From Octopus sinensis (Eukaryota), in assembly GCF_006345805.1 (NCBI RefSeq), contig NW_021833691.1, positions 1 to 55,647 on the forward strand: DNA of 55,647 bases, written 5' to 3'. This document shows, in pieces, positions 50,379-55,647 of this stretch. Position 1 is the first letter of the stretch. The number at the start of each line of letters is the position of its first letter. The notes under the pieces are model-generated. The model saw nothing but the letters and a program-made list of their open reading frames with translations. It had not been told where the DNA came from and did not search any database. The position numbers and the translations under genes were made by a program.

Positions 50379-51846
50379 CTAGCTGAAGGTGACCCGCTCT
50401 ACGCGCGGGTAAGAGTGTGGTTGTTACTTTCTGTTGCTTCCTTTCAGCACGTAAAAAGCACCATCCGAACGTGACGGATTGCAGCGCCGCCTTGACTGGC
50501 TTCTGTGCTGGTGGCACGTAAAAAGCACCAACCGATCGTGGCCGCAGCCAGCACCCCTGGCACCTGTGCAGGCGGCACGAAAAAAGCACCCACTACGCTC
50601 ACAGAGTGGTTGGCGTTAGGAAGGGCATCCACCTGTCGAAACACTGCCATATCAGACTGGAGCCTGGTGCAGCCTCCTGGCTTCCCAGACCCCTGTCAAA
50701 CTGTCCAACCCGTGCTAGCACGGAAAACGGACGTTAAACGATGATGACGATGATGATGATTCTCCCTCTTTGTTTCTTTCTCCTTTCTCTCTCACTTTCC
50801 CACTCTCTTACTCTTCCTTTCTCTCGGACTCTCCCTCGCTTTCTCTTACTCTCTATCTTTATGTATCTCTCTCCCATTTATAAACGACAAAAGATCTTGA
50901 GTAAGTTGAGAAATAAAATATTTAGAAAGATCAATCATAAATATCAGGCAGTTACAAAAGAAAGGTCTGCTTCAAGACAGACAGCAAAACACTAACATTT
51001 AAAAGGGACAGATGAACTTGCGAGCTGAATAAAAATAATAAAATATTGGAAACCAAAGTGTGAAGGGATAGAATTTGAGGATAGTAGAGTCACCATGGCT
51101 GGCATTTCTTAACGACGGACAGCAACGTATTGACAGTTCAACGGCTGGCGTAAAATTTTGAACTTGATGTAAAAGAAAATCCCAAAAAACCAAGTTTTGA
51201 CTTGATTCTTTCTCACGACAGTAGACTCACGATGGCAAGCATTCAAAACTTCTTCATCGTGGACGGCAACACATTGACGATTAAAAGGCTGGCGCATATT
51301 TTTTAGCTTGATGTAACAGAGAATTGCTAAACACCCGCTCCTTTAAATTTTAATCCCCTTCCAGCCCCATTTATACCCCTTTTCACCTTTTGGTTAATAT
51401 AACCCGATTTCATTTGGGTCTACTGGGGCCACATTTTATAAGATGAGGACTCAACCAAGTTTCCCAAGTTCTGGTCATAGACCATAGAACACTCAACCAA
51501 GTTTCCCGAGTTCTGGTCATAGACCATAGAACACTCAACCAAGTTTCCCGAGTTCTGGTCATAGACCATAGAACACTAAACCAAGTTTCCCGAGTTCTGG
51601 TCATTTGCAGAATAAATAGAGACGGCGGAGGTGGCAGACGTCGTTGCAATGTAAACATGATTTGTTATAAGAGAAAGATTGTCCAGATTGTGTGTTGGTG
51701 GTGTTGGTGGTGGCGATGATAATTATCATTAGGAAAAAGAGTGAGTGAGGAAGACATACATAAGTTGTGGCGATGATAATTGTAGACCCCTTTTCACATT
51801 TTGATGAAGAGAACCCGATTTCATTCGGGTGTACTGGAGCTACATA

Positions 51847-51878
<32 letters not shown>

Positions 51879-52420
51879 CACGCTGTAGAAATTAAATTAG
51901 AGATAAAACCACTAATAGGGAAATGAAACAGTAAAAAACCAAAAACAAAAACATAAAAATAAAAATATAATATTAGATATATGAATATATGTGTGTGTGT
52001 GTTGACAGGTAGACAATAGAATGCGATGGCGATGGGGATGGCGAGTAATATTTGTTACTGTCCATGAACGCTGAGAGATACATGAGTAAAATGTATAGGA
52101 AGGTAAGAGATAGAGTGAGTGAAAATGTTCTTGGAAGAGAGTAAATAGCTACAGAGCGATTTGAGGAAGACTTTACATTAAATAACGGTAGTTGCATTGT
52201 CAAATGAAGAGGAGTGACAGAGTACTGGAGGAAATAGGGTGAGGTAGGAAGATGGCCCCTAGCAACCACACCTTTTAAGATAGGGATTTATAAGGTAGCC
52301 CACGCGCATCGTCACCTCATTCTACATGTCCGTGTAAATTTTGGAGCGAATCGGACGGGATGTAGTGGCATTGAAAGCGAACCAAGCGGTAAAAAGGCAT
52401 TTCAGTTTCATATATAGAGA
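50379..52420 (-). mobile_element. Non-autonomous Helitron, apparently complete (~2.04 kb), inverted homolog of 497-2471
   Basis: Minus-strand 5' A|TCTCTATATATGAAACTGAAATG at 52420. Hairpin at 50392-50410 and CTAG|T at 50379-50382. Shares the RTE tail and internal blocks with the left copy. Confidence 0.8.
51449..51604. repeat. 42-bp tandem repeat (3.7 units) inside the Helitron
   Basis: ACTCAACCAAGTTTCCCGAGTTCTGGTCATAGACCATAGAAC starts at 51449, 51491, 51533 and 51575. Confidence 0.92.
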
Positions 52421-52522
52421 TATATTGATAAAACGGTAATTAACAAAAGAAAGAAAGAGACCTCAATATTATGTAAATAGAGGAAATTTATCTATACAAT
52501 ATGTTACATTACTCGGTAGTCA

Positions 52523-52585
52523 AGATAAAACTCTGAGTTTCAGATGCCGAAGTGGAAATCCACAACACCATCTCTTCGGTTATCT
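52523..52585 (-). ncRNA. Type I hammerhead ribozyme-like motif (U4C variant, extended stem II)
   Basis: Minus strand: AGAUAA-CCGAAGA-GAUG...GUGG(AUUU)CCAC...CAUC-U-GAAACU(CAG)AGU-U-UUAUCU. Stems I and III are perfect. Confidence 0.6.
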
Positions 52586-52783
52586 GGCTATTTGAAAACG
52601 TTATGAAAAAATACCGTTAAAAATGAAGGGAAATTACTCTGTTATAACTCTGCTTTGCCTGCGTACTTATACATCGCTCGCATTTTTTGTCATAAAAATT
52701 ATATAAAAATACATAAAAATATATATATATAAAAATATAAAAATATATAAATTCTTCTTGGGACATAACACAGAAAGCATGTT

Positions 52784-54910
52784 CTATCCGTTTTCCTTAG
52801 GGGACCAAAAACGTAACAGAAATTTAGTCACATGTGGGCATGATCCGAAAAGCTCTGTCCTTGTATTTAGACATGTGGTAGGGTCTAAGCTGCTTTTCCA
52901 GATAAGCCATCTCTCCATGTCGCATAAACCGCACCTTCCGCTGCCGTTAGTATAGGGCTTACATCTGGCCAAAATCTTCCATTGTATGTTATAATCGACA
53001 CCTTTGTCTCTTAAAGACCAAATATGATTGGATAATTGTGTCGCTTTTCTTTTGTTCCAGTGCCTAAAGCTCAAAGTGTGGTTATTGAACCTGGCCTTGA
53101 AATTACCCTCTGTAAGGCCCACGTATTTCTTCGTCGAAACGGTGTCTTTAGTGGTTATAGAGTTTACGGTAGCTTCATATATGATGGTCTTGGACATGCA
53201 AGCTCCATTTAGCGGGCACAATTCTTTATTCCTGCATGAACAGCTGTTTTCTTCTTGTGTTTTTTGTATGTTATGATTGATTATGTTTTTAAAATTGGTA
53301 GTTGAACTAAAACTAATTTTTAAATTGTGTCTATTGAAGAGTTTCCTATAAGCATGGTTAACTGGAAAATGTCTATCTATCAGTGCTAGGAAATATTTAC
53401 CTATATTGAAGGCCACCTCGGGTGAGTAAGGGGGCGTAAACCAGATGACCTTCCTATTTCTATTATTCCTTTTCCTTACTGTTGGGCTAGTGATAGGTGT
53501 ATATTTTATTTTTTCGCTAAAACCACTATCTTTTAAAGCTTTATTATAAACTGGGGCAATGCTATTGAAGATGTCCTCATTAGATGAGAGGCTAGAAATC
53601 CTCTTACTAATATTTTTAACTAAATTTTTGAATACTATAGGGGGATGGCATGAACCTACATTAATATAACTTAGTCTATCATTGGGCTTCCTATAAGGCT
53701 TATAAATATTATTATTAAGATCTAAGGAAACGTCTAAGAAATTGACAACCGTCAGGTTAGTTTCTATAGTTATACTAAGTCCGAAGTGTTTCATTAACTG
53801 GATAATATCCTTCCTAAAACGATCTTGTGCTGGTCCATTTGTATTAGCTGTTAAGGCGAGGGCATCATCTTTGTAGATGGCGAAATGTACGTTAGGGAAT
53901 GTCTTACCGAAGGTATCTAGGAGAAAGAGTCCAATTAGATCACAGATGCCTGCCCCATCATATGAACCCATGCTCACATCGAAAGCGCCCTCCGTGTCGG
54001 TGTTTTTTACCCACTTTGCATTCTCACTGAAAAGTAATGTCTTTCTAGCATGGAAGATTATATCCTTATCATTGGTACTAATTTCTATGAAGTCACTAGC
54101 GAAGATTAGGGCTTTATCTAGCAGTTCTTTAGAGATAGAGGCATAAAAATCAACAATATCGAATTGTGTAAACCTCGCTTTTTTCTTATTCTTAATAGCT
54201 TTAAACCAGTCTACGACTTCTATACTATTGGACCATTGCACTAGCCTAGTATCGGTCTTAATTTTCGTATTTATTTTATCTAAAATTTCTTTGCTAATAA
54301 TCCCTAGTTCTGACTTGGCTGGGTTGATAAGCCTACATTTAGGGTTGGAAAGGAAGTTTTCTTTGTGATCTTTAATAGTAATAAAGGCCTCTTTTTGGGG
54401 GAGGGCTTCTATTTTTTTATCTAATTTAAGTTTAGCGGCGATGACGCTAGCTTCTTTATTAATTTCGTTATATGTCTGTGCCCTAGCCTTAGTATAATTA
54501 TTAATGATGCTGTTGTGTAAGAGTTGTGTGTATTTGCTGTTATCTACCAGGTATAAGTTCTTGGTTTTATCCGAACAAAGTGCTTTTTTCTTGGAGCTTT
54601 TTATATGATTAATATCTTTTTTCAATTTATGTTGGAAATCGTTAAAAGACTTACGAAATTTTATTTTGCTCATGATTTTCAGCAGGTCCGCTTCGAAATC
54701 TTCCAAGCCTTTAATCCTGGGAGGGAATTTTTTGGATTTTATTTGATAGAAAATGTTTTCCTTGGTGTTCGCTTCTGTGTCAAAAAAGAAAGCCTTCCAT
54801 CTCATACGCTTAATTACATCAGTAATTTTCTGCAGAAGTTTCTTAGAGTAAAGATCCTTTGATGGGATCGGTATATTTTTCATAGAATAATCTATGTGAT
54901 ATGCGTCCAT
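52784..54910 (-). CDS. PLE reverse transcriptase + GIY-YIG endonuclease, intact, 708 aa
   Basis: KCRLINPAKSELG, FDIVDFYASI, MGSYDGAGICDL, IYKDDAL, NFLDVSLDL, YKPYRKPND, IIYEATV...KYVGLTEGNFKARFNNH, CGLCDMER...CPH. Confidence 0.92.
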   Translation of the reverse strand: MDAYHIDYSMKNIPIPSKDLYSKKLLQKITDVIKRMRWKAFFFDTEANTKENIFYQIKSKKFPPRIKGLEDFEADLLKIMSKIKFRKSFNDFQHKLKKDINHIKSSKKKALCSDKTKNLYLVDNSKYTQLLHNSIINNYTKARAQTYNEINKEASVIAAKLKLDKKIEALPQKEAFITIKDHKENFLSNPKCRLINPAKSELGIISKEILDKINTKIKTDTRLVQWSNSIEVVDWFKAIKNKKKARFTQFDIVDFYASISKELLDKALIFASDFIEISTNDKDIIFHARKTLLFSENAKWVKNTDTEGAFDVSMGSYDGAGICDLIGLFLLDTFGKTFPNVHFAIYKDDALALTANTNGPAQDRFRKDIIQLMKHFGLSITIETNLTVVNFLDVSLDLNNNIYKPYRKPNDRLSYINVGSCHPPIVFKNLVKNISKRISSLSSNEDIFNSIAPVYNKALKDSGFSEKIKYTPITSPTVRKRNNRNRKVIWFTPPYSPEVAFNIGKYFLALIDRHFPVNHAYRKLFNRHNLKISFSSTTNFKNIINHNIQKTQEENSCSCRNKELCPLNGACMSKTIIYEATVNSITTKDTVSTKKYVGLTEGNFKARFNNHTLSFRHWNKRKATQLSNHIWSLRDKGVDYNIQWKILARCKPYTNGSGRCGLCDMERWLIWKSSLDPTTCLNTRTELFGSCPHVTKFLLRFWSPKENG

Positions 54911-55133
54911 ATTAGATTCTTTTGTTTGTGAGAGTCCTCAACCGATGTTAGGCGATAATCCCAAAAAGGTCGTATTAGCTCTTAGTTGAGAATAACGTCG
55001 TCCGGGAGGTGATTTTTTGATAAAACGGTAAGATAACAAAAGAAAGAAAGAGACCTCAATATTATGTAAATAGAGGAAATTTATCTATACAATATGTTAC
55101 ATTACTCGGTAGTCAAGATAAAACTCTGAGTTT

Positions 55134-55263
<130 letters not shown>

Positions 55264-55647
55264 ATAACATTTTCAGGATCTGATATAATCGAGGTATTTA
55301 AATAACAGAGGCACTAAGGTAGAGTACCTGTGCACTAAAAGTGTGTATGGACACTCACATACGGACACTCGCATACTTACCAAAATAAATACGGATTTGT
55401 CCTTCCAGTTATGCAAACATTCACAAGTATTGACCAAATACATAAAGTCACACAGGAGTATACTCTGGTACATATTCCACGGTCGACTGTAGACTCAAGA
55501 TCCAACACTCTCTCTCTCAGCTGGAACCATGATGAGAGGGTCAATACACATTATATACTATTTGTGTGAAAAATCCTAAATGTTAAATTTTACTCTTAAT
55601 TCACCTGAAGAAAACGTTTTTTTTACATGATGTAATTGTTTTGTTCA

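Larger units (their letters stand above)
52425..55133 (-). mobile_element. Penelope-like element (probably Nematis-like) with short direct terminal repeats
   Basis: ~116-bp direct repeats at 52425-52540 and 55017-55133 flank a single RT-GIY-YIG ORF. Clade call is from remembered motif style only. Confidence 0.88.

Noticed and set aside
55600-55647. CCTGAAGA hammerhead-like start near the window end
   Set aside because: No stem II followed by GAAA and stem III within the window.

Overview
AT-rich eukaryotic (animal) repeat DNA with no recognisable host gene. The long (TA)n tracts and the RTE 3' tail sequence suggest a cephalopod or other mollusc such as Octopus; this is inferred, not verified. 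From left to right: a complete ~2 kb non-autonomous Helitron; a 2.8 kb (TA)n tract; a frameshifted Neptune-type Penelope-like element (PLE) with hammerhead-like motifs in both terminal repeats; a solo canonical hammerhead ribozyme; CR1/L2-type and RTE 3' fragments; and a Helitron 3' end. The centrepiece is a ~30.4 kb head-to-tail array of six Tx1-clade (L1 group) retrotransposons (13025-43413). Each copy ends in the same 15-mer (CTTATTATTGCTTTC). That 15-mer also occurs uninterrupted at 44047, about 30 nt downstream of a CCAAT/TATA pair, in a duplicated unit upstream of an intact 1043-aa RTE ORF. Further right are a 62-bp minisatellite in the RTE 3'UTR, a head-to-tail Helitron pair, and a second PLE with an intact 708-aa ORF and a hammerhead-like motif. 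The best candidate for a new system is a sequence-specific Tx1 family that stacks at a promoter-like site and shows polarised, ORF1-biased divergence. All alignments were done by eye; boundaries are approximate to a few nt, except the PLE1 ORF ends and internal Helitron segments, which are approximate to tens of nt.
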